A DNA stretch of 64,000 bases from positions 288,001-352,000 of the forward strand of contig CAWBQK010000011.1 of the NCBI GenBank assembly GCA_963791045.1, read 5' to 3'. Positions 50,274 to 59,492 of the stretch are shown one piece after another. The notes under the pieces were generated by a model. That model saw nothing but the letters and a program-made list of their open reading frames with translations. It made no database searches and was not told the origin of the DNA. Source of the DNA: Candidatus Latescibacterota bacterium (lineage in GTDB: Bacteria > Krumholzibacteriota > Krumholzibacteriia > WVZY01). The translations under genes were made by a program, and so were the position numbers. How positions within the stretch are numbered: the first letter of the stretch is position 1; each line of letters starts with the position of its first letter.

Positions 50274-51864
50274 ATGTCTCAAACACTGTCTAGAGTCAAC
50301 TCTTCCGCGGCGACTCTGACCAAGAACAGGACAGAAGGATTCCGTCACACCAGGCTCCGGCATGTGCGTCACCTGTGTGGATGGTTGTATCGGCATGTGC
50401 GAGATCGGCAAGTCCGCTTACCGGGGGCATGAGGTCATCTACCCGCAGCCGTTTGGCGTGATTACGACCGCATCGGAAAAAGTGTATCCGGTCGACTATT
50501 CTCATTTCAACATCATGGGTACCGCCGTGGGAGCTCATGGTATCGAGGCGGATTCGGATAAAGCTATCTTTCCGGCTGTAAACCTCGAAGTGCATTTTGG
50601 TCACGACAAAGGAATCAAGTTCCGGCTCCCGTGGATTATTCCCGGCATTGGTTCCACTAACATCGCCAAAAACAACTGGGAAGGGCTGGCCATCGGGTCG
50701 GCATTGGCCGGCACCGGTCTGACCATCGGCGAAAATGTTGTTGGGATGGATCCCGAGGCGATTATTCGAGATGGGCAGATCGTTGACACGGTGGATCTGA
50801 AAAGACGTGTGAAGCTTTATCAGGATCATCAGCGCGACGGCTACGGCGCGATTATCGTCCAGGCCAACGTGGAAGACACGAGGCTGGGTGTCCAGGAGTA
50901 TGCCGTAAAGGAGCTGGGTGTCGAAGTCGTTGAGTTGAAGTGGGGGCAAGGGGCCAAAAACATTGGCGGCGAGGTCAAGATCACGGATTTGAAGAAAGCC
51001 CAGCTGCTCTACGAACGCGGATACGTTGTGCTTCCCAATCCTACCGACCCTCATGTCATCGAGGCATTCGAACGAGGTTCGTTCAAAGAGTTCGAAAGGC
51101 ATTCGCGAGTCGGTATGGTGACCGAGGAGTCCTTTGCCCAACGAGTAGAAGAACTACGGAAGGCCGGCGCCAAGTACGTGTTCTTGAAGACGGGTGCTTA
51201 CCGGCCCGCCGATCTGGCACGGGCCGTAAAATTTTCTTCCAAATACAACATCGATCTTCTCACGGTAGACGCGGCCGGCGGCGGCACGGGAATGAGTCCG
51301 TGGCGAATGATGAATGAATGGGGAATGCCGCCTGTCGAACTCCATTCTCTCCTCTACGCCTACACGAAGAGACTGGCCGACAGGGGAGAGCATGTGCCGG
51401 GACTTACGGTGGCCGGTGGGTTCACGTTCGAAGACCAGATCTTCAAAGGCCTGGCGTTGGGCGCACCGTTCGTAAAACTCGTAGGCATGGCGCGTTCTCC
51501 GATCGCCGCGGCAATGGTGGGCAAAACGATTGGGCGGACCATTGAGGATAACGAAATCCCGGTGTATGTGGAGCGTTTTGGCAGCACCAGGGACGAGATC
51601 TTTGTCACCGCGCCCGAACTGCGCAAAGAGTTGGGTAACGAAATGTTTGAAAAGATTCCGACGGGAGCGATCGGCCTTTACACCTATTACGAACGCCTTG
51701 CTCAGGGGCTGCGCCAGTTGATGTGCGGATCGCGTAAATTCGATCTGAGCCATATCACGCGTGACGATCTCGCCGCATTGACGCGGGAAGCCGCCGATAT
51801 CAGCGGAATCAAATTCTTGACGGACGTGGACCGCGAAGAGGTGAACGAGATACTCGACACATAG
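50274..51864 (+). CDS. Stand-alone FMN-binding glutamate synthase family protein, frameshift near 50340
   Basis: ATG 50274 after AAGGAG reads MSQTLSRVNSSAATLTKNRT and shifts into CVTCVDGCIGMC; ELKWGQGAK, LKTG, DAAGGGTG, AGG, GMAR. Confidence 0.85.
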
Positions 51865-51939
51865 GATGGCCGGGGAGTTTGTGACGGGCATATGGTGCGG
51901 GGACCTCGGCTATCCACCATCCGGGAACAGGTGGGTATT

Positions 51940-53694
51940 ATGGCGGATAAAAACAACGGCTCCAACCCCCGGAAAACTCCGGGTTCCGACACAACCTCAA
52001 CCGATGGTCGCGGTTGCTTTCGCATGATCGGAACTGGAGAGATCGGAGGAAAGGCGGGGGGGCTCGCGCGGCTCGAGGAGATACTTGCACGCGACCTGGA
52101 CAGGGGCGTTTGCGCGGATGTTGAAGTAGAGATTCCGTGGTTTTGGGTGGTAGCCACCGACTGGTTCGACATGTTCATGGAAAAGAACCGGCTATACGAC
52201 ATCGCCCTGTCGGATGCCAAGGATCAGCATATCGCCAGCGCGTTTCAACGGGCGGAATTGCCCGAGGAACTGGTTCAGGAGTTAAAGAACCTTATTGCCG
52301 AGGTTCACACTCCGCTGGCTGTCAGATCCTCGGGACTTCTCGAAGATGCCCTCAACGAACCGTTTGCCGGTGTTTACGGGACCAAGATGGTTCCCAATAA
52401 CCAGTTCAGCGTGGACGGGCGTCTCCGCACCCTCATCGAGGCGATCAAGTTTGTTTACGCCTCGACTTTCTCCCGGGATGCCAAAAGCTACCGCGAAGCG
52501 ATGGGCCGTTCGCACGATGACGAGAAGATGGCGGTCATGATCCAAGAAGTGGTAGGTTTGCGCCACGGTGACCGTTTCTATCCGAATCTTTCAGGCGTGG
52601 CACGCTCGCACAACTTCTATTCGTTTGGCGGTGCCCGGCCGGAGGAAGGCGTCGTCAGCCTGGGGCTGGGTTTGGGAAAGACTATCGTGGATGGGGGAAG
52701 GAGTTGGACTTACTGCCCAGCCTACCCAAAGGCGAAGCCGCCCTTTGGATCCACAAAAGAACTTCTCGAGCAAACCCAGACGCTATTCTGGTCCGTGAAC
52801 ATGGCTAAACCACCGACATTCGATCCGATCCAGGAAACGGAATACCTTTTCGAGGGAAACCTTGCCGATGCCGAGAAAGACGGGGTACTTCCGCCAATGG
52901 CATCGACATATGACCCGCAATCCGACCGAATCACGATCGGTACGGGATCGCCCGGACCCCGCGTACTGGACTTTGCTCCATTACTCGTACTCAACCAAAT
53001 CCCGTTGAACGATCTCGTCAAACACCTTTTGAAGATTTGTGAGAATGATCTGGGCAATCCCGTCGAGATCGAATTCGCCGTTGATTTCGAGCCAGGCTCG
53101 GCGAAGCGCGCGCGGTTTGGTTTTCTCCAGGTGCGTCCGATGTACGTCTCAGAAGATCAAGTGGTAATTGAAGAGGCTGAGCTTTGTGGGGAGAATGTTT
53201 TCGTCGCATCGGAGCAGGTTCTGGGTAATGGGCAACTGGATTCGATAAAGGACGTGGTTTATGTAAAACCAGATGCCTTCTCATCGAAAGATACATGGCT
53301 CATCGCGGGGGAGTTAGAAGAGATGAACCGACATCTCGTCAAAGCGGTACGCCCATATCTCCTTGTTGTATTCGGCCGCCTAGGCACCTCGGATCCGTGG
53401 CTGGGGATACCCGCGACGTGGGGCCAGGTGTCCGGTGCGAAGGCAATCGTTGAGTCATCGACGAGCACGATGAATGTGGACATGAGTCAAGGATCTCACT
53501 TTTTTCACAACGTCACGTGTCTCCGTATCTTCTATTTTTCGGCAGACAAGACCGGGCGACTTCCCGTCGATTGGGAATGGTTGGAGCGCCAGCAGGAGGT
53601 CCGTCAGTCACGGTTCGTCCGTCACGTGGAGTTGGATGATCCGCTCCACATCAAGGTTGACGGAAACAGTGGCCGGGGGGTGATCGGTCATTAA
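51940..53694 (+). CDS. PPDK/PEP-synthase N-terminal (ATP-grasp) domain protein, short form 2
   Basis: Colinear paralog of 30224: GGKAGGL, PLAVRSSGLLED, FAGVYGTKM, DPWLGIP, SQGSHFFHN. Confidence 0.85.
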   Translation: MADKNNGSNPRKTPGSDTTSTDGRGCFRMIGTGEIGGKAGGLARLEEILARDLDRGVCADVEVEIPWFWVVATDWFDMFMEKNRLYDIALSDAKDQHIASAFQRAELPEELVQELKNLIAEVHTPLAVRSSGLLEDALNEPFAGVYGTKMVPNNQFSVDGRLRTLIEAIKFVYASTFSRDAKSYREAMGRSHDDEKMAVMIQEVVGLRHGDRFYPNLSGVARSHNFYSFGGARPEEGVVSLGLGLGKTIVDGGRSWTYCPAYPKAKPPFGSTKELLEQTQTLFWSVNMAKPPTFDPIQETEYLFEGNLADAEKDGVLPPMASTYDPQSDRITIGTGSPGPRVLDFAPLLVLNQIPLNDLVKHLLKICENDLGNPVEIEFAVDFEPGSAKRARFGFLQVRPMYVSEDQVVIEEAELCGENVFVASEQVLGNGQLDSIKDVVYVKPDAFSSKDTWLIAGELEEMNRHLVKAVRPYLLVVFGRLGTSDPWLGIPATWGQVSGAKAIVESSTSTMNVDMSQGSHFFHNVTCLRIFYFSADKTGRLPVDWEWLERQQEVRQSRFVRHVELDDPLHIKVDGNSGRGVIGH

Positions 53695-53710
53695 AAAAGA
53701 AACACAGTCG

Positions 53711-56700
53711 GTGATCAATCTTCTCGAATCCCTCACTGAGCGGGCCAAGGAGTTGACCTGTCTCTATGCCATTGAAGAGGCGTTGAAAGAACCGGATGCG
53801 GATATCGATCGGGTTTGTGAACGTATCATCGAAGCGATTCCGCCGGGATGGCAATACCCGGACATCTGTGTCGCCGAGATCATTTTGGAGGGCATACAGT
53901 GCTGCCGTTCTCCTAATTTTGAAGAAACTCCCTGGCATTTGAAAACAGACATCGTTCAACAGGATCATGTGGTTGGGTCCATCGGAGTATATTACACCAA
54001 AGAGATGCCGCCGGTCGATATCGGTCCCTTTCTTAACGACGAGCAAAAGCTTATCGAGTCTATCGCAGACCGACTGAATCATTTTGTAATTTACAAGAAA
54101 ATGCAGCACGTTCTGCAGGAATGGCGGAACGGAAAAGGGGCGTTGTCGGAGACGGGCCGCGCGGATTGGGAGGCGGTGTTAGACCTTGTTCGCCAGACAG
54201 ACCATGCGCTTTTTCTTCGAATCGCCAACAAAATGCTCAATCATCTGTGTTGGAGCGGTATCGAAGAGGCAGAGACTCTGCGGCCGATGGCCGACACCCA
54301 GAAAATCGCTGCCGGCAATCTGCAGGATGGTGACGTTGAGGGGCCGCGGTTGAGCCGGTTATTGGATTTCTCTGCCGAGTTTACCGAGAGGCTTTTCCGG
54401 ATCGCAGCAAATAATTTGAGCGGGGAAGAAATTCTTTCCCGTATTCAAATGTGGATACAGGAAGACAAGATTGGTGCATTGCACCGGACCGTGCGCCGCC
54501 GTCTCCCTCTCTCCGAGGTTTCCAGCAGGTTGCGGCACTACTTTTTTACGACCCGGGACGAATCGTACGATCGTTATCCCGTCGCCAGAGGTTTAAAGGT
54601 TCTCCTTATCGAGTCGGTTCTGTCAGACCGGCTGGAATATATTGATGCGGCGAAGGATCATGTCGATATCGATGACCTCTACCATCTTCTCCAGAAGGTA
54701 ATATTCTCCGCGGATAGCCACGGAAAGCTCGGGGGAAAGAGTGCCGGGCTCATTTTGGCGTCACAGATTTTGAAGAAAACAAACGGTGGAGGAAATCCGG
54801 CGTTCCGCTTTCCCAAGACGTGGTATATCTCTTCGGACATGATGCTCGAGTCTATTCACTACAACAACATGGATGAGGTTATCGAGCAGAAATACAAAGA
54901 CATCGAAAGAGTCCGGCTCGAATATCCACACGTGATCGAAATGTTCCAGAAAACAGTTCTGCCCCCCGAAATGGTCAATGGTTTGTCCGCGGCTCTCGAC
55001 GATCTCGGAGAAAACCCCATCGTTGTACGCAGTTCATCGCTTCTTGAGGACCGTACGGGAGCGCCATTTGTTGGGTTGTACAAAAGCGTGTTTCTGGGAA
55101 ACCAGGGGCCGCGGGAGGAACGTCTCCGCCGTTTGATATCAGCGGTGACCGAGGTTTACGCGTCGAATTTTGGCCCGGATCCGATCGAGTTTCGAGCGGC
55201 CCGCGATCTGTTGGAATTGAGCGAGCAGATGGGCATCATGATCCAGCAAGTTGTAGGGGAGCGAGTCGGGCCGTATTTTTTGCCCGTGTATTCGGGGGTG
55301 GCAAGCAGCCGGATGGGGTTTCGATGGCTTCCCGATGTTGCGGAAGACAGCGGTATTGTACGCATCATGCCTGGACTTGGGACTGGAGCCTTGCGTCGAA
55401 ATCGCGAGGAACACCCCGTACTCGTTATTCCCGGGCACCCGTCGGCCGCGGTCTACGGATCTTCGGAAGAACGTATTTGTGAGGCGCCATCAAAAATCGA
55501 TGTGATCAATCTCGAGACCAACAGTATCGAAACGATCAAGATCAGCGAATTGATGACGCAATATGGAAGTGAGTTTCCGCTCGTGGAACAGATCATGTCC
55601 GAGTACAAGGACGGCGAGCTATTGCCTGTATCACCGGCTGAAAATCCGTTTAGCCTCGAAAACCAGAGACTGGTGGTCACATTCGATGGACTGCTCACAC
55701 GCAGCCCGTTTGTAGCCCAGATCCGAACTCTTCTTCGAACACTCGAGGAAGAACTCGGATCGCCCGTTGAGGTCGAGTTCGCATCGGATGGCAAGCACCT
55801 GCACATTCTACAATGCCGCACCCAAACCCCGGCGGGGATGCCCCGGCCGGCTCCTATACCCAAGGAACTGACCAGAAACCAGCTCGTCTTCTCGACGAGA
55901 CGATTTGTGTCGAACGGGCGGGCATCTAATATCACACACACCGTCTATGTGGATCCGGAGTCTTACGCCAGTATCGAAGACCCGGCGGACCGCGGCGCCA
56001 TAACACGAATTGTTTCGAGACTAAACGAATTGCTTCCCAAGAGACAGTTTGCGCTCATCTGGCCCGATCGGTTTGCCACCCATCGAGATGAGGGCGGAGC
56101 CAGTATATGTCATCGTGATTTCGATAACGCCGCCGCCCTGATTGAATTGTCCGAGCCCGAAGAAGAGAACAGCGGAAAAGCGCCCGTCGGTTTGCATGTC
56201 CTCCACGATCTCGCGGAGTCCGGAGTTCTTTATCTTCCGTTGACACCGGGTGACGAAGGGACAACGTTCAACGAACGCTTCCTCAGGCGTTCCCGCAATG
56301 TCTTCCCAGAGCTTTTTCCCGAGTATGCTCACCTTGCCGATGTGGTTCATGTGGTCGATGTTCCGAAGGTGACGGACGGAAAAGTCTTGCAGGTGTTGAT
56401 GAACGCTGAACTTGGCGAAGCCGTTGGATTGCTTTCGGATCCTGGAGAAAAGATGGGATACCCCGAGGAAAGGGAGCCCGTCGAAGATGGACGCCCCGAA
56501 GATTACTGGCGTTGGCGTCACCGCATGGCCGAACAGATTGCCGGGCAGTTGGATCCGGTACGCTTCGGGGTCGAACGTATTTATCTTTTTGGCAGCACGA
56601 AGAACGGTACCGCAGGCCCGGGAAGCGATATCGACATTCTGGTTCACTTTAAGGGTACGAAATCCCAGAGAGAATTGCTCGTCCAGTGGTTGGAGGGTTG

Positions 56701-56884
56701 GAGTCTTTGCCTCGATGAAATCAACTACCTTCGGACGGGATACCGAGCAGGCGGCTTGCTCGACTTTCACATCATCACCGATAAAGATATCGCAAAGAAG
56801 ACAAGCTATGCCGTCAAAATCAACGCCGTCACTGATGCGGCGCGTCCGTTGAATATGAAAGAAACCAGCGATGATGCACGGTAG
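53711..56884 (+). CDS. Sensor domain + PPDK-like ATP-grasp + nucleotidyltransferase protein, long form 2 (partly degenerate)
   Basis: Colinear paralog of 32008: [41 protein letters not shown]. Confidence 0.85.
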   Translation: MINLLESLTERAKELTCLYAIEEALKEPDADIDRVCERIIEAIPPGWQYPDICVAEIILEGIQCCRSPNFEETPWHLKTDIVQQDHVVGSIGVYYTKEMPPVDIGPFLNDEQKLIESIADRLNHFVIYKKMQHVLQEWRNGKGALSETGRADWEAVLDLVRQTDHALFLRIANKMLNHLCWSGIEEAETLRPMADTQKIAAGNLQDGDVEGPRLSRLLDFSAEFTERLFRIAANNLSGEEILSRIQMWIQEDKIGALHRTVRRRLPLSEVSSRLRHYFFTTRDESYDRYPVARGLKVLLIESVLSDRLEYIDAAKDHVDIDDLYHLLQKVIFSADSHGKLGGKSAGLILASQILKKTNGGGNPAFRFPKTWYISSDMMLESIHYNNMDEVIEQKYKDIERVRLEYPHVIEMFQKTVLPPEMVNGLSAALDDLGENPIVVRSSSLLEDRTGAPFVGLYKSVFLGNQGPREERLRRLISAVTEVYASNFGPDPIEFRAARDLLELSEQMGIMIQQVVGERVGPYFLPVYSGVASSRMGFRWLPDVAEDSGIVRIMPGLGTGALRRNREEHPVLVIPGHPSAAVYGSSEERICEAPSKIDVINLETNSIETIKISELMTQYGSEFPLVEQIMSEYKDGELLPVSPAENPFSLENQRLVVTFDGLLTRSPFVAQIRTLLRTLEEELGSPVEVEFASDGKHLHILQCRTQTPAGMPRPAPIPKELTRNQLVFSTRRFVSNGRASNITHTVYVDPESYASIEDPADRGAITRIVSRLNELLPKRQFALIWPDRFATHRDEGGASICHRDFDNAAALIELSEPEEENSGKAPVGLHVLHDLAESGVLYLPLTPGDEGTTFNERFLRRSRNVFPELFPEYAHLADVVHVVDVPKVTDGKVLQVLMNAELGEAVGLLSDPGEKMGYPEEREPVEDGRPEDYWRWRHRMAEQIAGQLDPVRFGVERIYLFGSTKNGTAGPGSDIDILVHFKGTKSQRELLVQWLEGWSLCLDEINYLRTGYRAGGLLDFHIITDKDIAKKTSYAVKINAVTDAARPLNMKETSDDAR

Positions 56885-56926
56885 TTATTTTAACAACAAG
56901 CACGAACCACAGAGGGGAGCCAATAA

Positions 56927-58291
56927 ATGGCCTCGTATGTTCAAAAGCTGATGGCCGAGGTTCGATCGAAAAACCCCGCCGAACTCGAATTTCACGAGGT
57001 CGTCCAGGATCTTGCCGAGTCTCTGATCCCTGTCCTGGAGCGCAACCCCCACTACGCCGAAGCCAGGATTCTCGAACGGATAATTGAACCTGAACGGACA
57101 CTGGGGTTTCGCGTTTCCTGGGTGGACGACGCGGGCCGCATCCAGATCAACCGCGGTTACCGTGTTGAAATGAACGGTTCGATTGGGCCCTACAAAGGTG
57201 GCCTTCGATTTCATCCCTCGGTCAACCAGAGCATCTTCAAGTCCCTCGCTTTGGAGCAAGTGTTCAAGAACAGTCTCACCACGTTACCGTTGGGTGCAGG
57301 AAAGGGTGGGTCTGATTTCGATCCTAAAGGAAAGAGCGATCATGAGGTCATGCGTTTTTGCCAGGCCTTCATGAACGAGCTGTATCGTCACATCGGCCCG
57401 AACACCGATATTCCGGATGGTGACATTGGTGTTGGCGGCCGTGAAATCGGGTACCTGTTCGGCCAATACCGCAAGCTCAAGAACGAGTTTACGGGTGTGT
57501 TGACCGGAAAAGGGCTCGGTTGGGGAGGCTCGGTGATGCGGCCGGAAGCGCCGGGTTACGGTGTCGCCTATCTCGCCGAAGAGATGCTTGCCACAAAAGG
57601 CGAAGCCCTCGAAGGCAAGACGTGCCTGGTTTCAGGGAGCGGGAAAGTAGCACAGTTTGTCATGGAAAAGCTAATCGATCTTGGCGCGAAGGTTGTTACG
57701 TTCTCGGATTCAAGCGGTTGTGTATACGATTCGGATGGTGTCGACCGCGAGAAACTGGAATGGCTCAAGGAACTCAAGAACGTACGCAGGGGCCGCACGA
57801 TGGATTATGCAAAGGAATATCCGAGCGCCGAGTACCTGTCGGCGGATGCGGGTGATCTCGACGAAAATGCTATTTGGACCCGAAAAGGGGATTGTGCCTT
57901 TCCCTGTGCCACACAGAACGAGATTAGTCGTAAAGATGCCGAGAATCTTCTTCAAAACGGAATCCAACTGGTTTGCGAAGGGGCTAGCATGCCCACGACG
58001 CCTGAAGGGATAAAGCTTTTTATCGATCGGCGCGTTCTTTACGCCCCGGGAAAAGCGGCGAACGCGGGTGGTGTGGCGGTATCGGGTCTGGAAATGGCGC
58101 AGAACAGTGCTCGCTACCCCTGGACTCGTGACGAGGTGGATACGCGGCTCCGATTGATCATGAAAGGAATCCACGATGCCTGTTTGACGGCTGCCGTGGA
58201 GTATGGCACGCCGGGCAATTATGTGAACGGCGCAAACATCGCCGGGTTTATCAAGGTGGCTGATGCCATGCTCGACCAGGGAGTGGTCTGA
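56927..58291 (+). CDS. gdhA: GdhA-type (NADP-specific clade) glutamate dehydrogenase with altered motifs
   Basis: GPYKGGLRFHPSV, EQVFKN, GKGGSDFDPKGKS, PCATQNE, KAANAGGVAVSGLEM, GANIAGF. Confidence 0.88.
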   Translation: MASYVQKLMAEVRSKNPAELEFHEVVQDLAESLIPVLERNPHYAEARILERIIEPERTLGFRVSWVDDAGRIQINRGYRVEMNGSIGPYKGGLRFHPSVNQSIFKSLALEQVFKNSLTTLPLGAGKGGSDFDPKGKSDHEVMRFCQAFMNELYRHIGPNTDIPDGDIGVGGREIGYLFGQYRKLKNEFTGVLTGKGLGWGGSVMRPEAPGYGVAYLAEEMLATKGEALEGKTCLVSGSGKVAQFVMEKLIDLGAKVVTFSDSSGCVYDSDGVDREKLEWLKELKNVRRGRTMDYAKEYPSAEYLSADAGDLDENAIWTRKGDCAFPCATQNEISRKDAENLLQNGIQLVCEGASMPTTPEGIKLFIDRRVLYAPGKAANAGGVAVSGLEMAQNSARYPWTRDEVDTRLRLIMKGIHDACLTAAVEYGTPGNYVNGANIAGFIKVADAMLDQGVV

Positions 58292-58305
58292 TTAGAAAAA
58301 GGATG

Positions 58306-59436
58306 TCATGAATTTGGAAATGACATCGCGGAGGCGATGGCATGACCACCTGGATGCGTGACGACGACGCGGTTTTCGGTATCAAGGCAAGCGAGACCAA
58401 TGAAAGCCAGAAAGACGATGGCTTCTTTTCCTGGGGAATAAGCAGCAGACGTAATTCGCCCCAATTTCCTGCCGTGCGCTACGGATCCATGCTGCGCGTC
58501 TGAAAAACGGAAAATAGGTGTATCCGGCAACGCACGGCTGTTGTATTGCTGCAATTCGACGACAGAATCGAACGCATCCGCGTCGATGGACCATCCCGAT
58601 AGCACACGGTTGACACGTCCCTGATGATGAAGTCTCCCCAGCGTCTCCTGTCCGCGAAAACATCCCTTCGTATAGCTCACTGCATGGTCGAGCCTGACTT
58701 CTTGTGGAAAGTTATCGCCCGTGAAATCGATTCCGTACCACGGCAGTCCGTTTTCGACGCGCAGCGTTTCCCATGCGTCGTACCCTACGGGTAGCCCACC
58801 CGAAGCATAGGCCGCCTGAGCGAGGTAGGCGCGGATGCGGGCGACGTGATCGGCGGGAACTATGAGATGATAGCCCGGCACTCCCGTCGCCGTGGCATTC
58901 ATCACGGTGACGGAGAAATCATCGAACTCCCGGTTGACCCATTCCACCTGTCCTTTTGGGAGCGGGCCCATTCGGAGAACCCGGGGAAGGACGGCGCCGG
59001 CTTTCGGCCCCTCGATGGCGATGATCCCGTACGCGTCCGACACATCTGTGATCGCTACGTCCTCGGAGATGATGTGTTTTTCGAGAACAGACACAGTTTC
59101 CACGAAATCACCCTGCGCGACGACCACCATGTGCCGCTCTTTCCCCGCCAGGACGAACAACTCCGAGATGATCTTGCCTTTCGGCGAAGTCATCAGCGCG
59201 TGACAACCCATGCCGTCTTTGAGCGAGGCGACGTCGTTGGTGAGCATCGCATTCAAAAAACTCGCCCGATCCTCGCCGGTAACTTCGAGTACATGCCGGT
59301 GGGTGAGATCGATGATGCCCGCCGCCTCGATAAGAGCATGGTACTCATCATTGCGGTCGGTGAATTCCCGCGGATACTCGACGCCAAACGCGTCGACCAT
59401 CTTGATCCCGGCCTTCTTGTAATAATCAGCAAGCAT
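58306..59436 (-). CDS. YgfZ/GcvT-family folate-binding protein
   Basis: VTGEDR..FL..LTND, LRVENG, and the signature KGCFRGQE. Confidence 0.88.
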   Translation of the reverse strand: MLADYYKKAGIKMVDAFGVEYPREFTDRNDEYHALIEAAGIIDLTHRHVLEVTGEDRASFLNAMLTNDVASLKDGMGCHALMTSPKGKIISELFVLAGKERHMVVVAQGDFVETVSVLEKHIISEDVAITDVSDAYGIIAIEGPKAGAVLPRVLRMGPLPKGQVEWVNREFDDFSVTVMNATATGVPGYHLIVPADHVARIRAYLAQAAYASGGLPVGYDAWETLRVENGLPWYGIDFTGDNFPQEVRLDHAVSYTKGCFRGQETLGRLHHQGRVNRVLSGWSIDADAFDSVVELQQYNSRALPDTPIFRFSDAQHGSVAHGRKLGRITSAAYSPGKEAIVFLAFIGLACLDTENRVVVTHPGGHAIASAMSFPNS

Positions 59437-59492
59437 GGGGCTCCATTTCCGGCGCCGCAGATTGGTATTTCGGTCAACGGCGGCGGGGTCGA

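Noticed and set aside
30224-56884. True ppsA/ppdK genes
   Set aside because: No C-terminal PEP/pyruvate-binding barrel and no GGxTSHAA motif, so no gene symbol was given.
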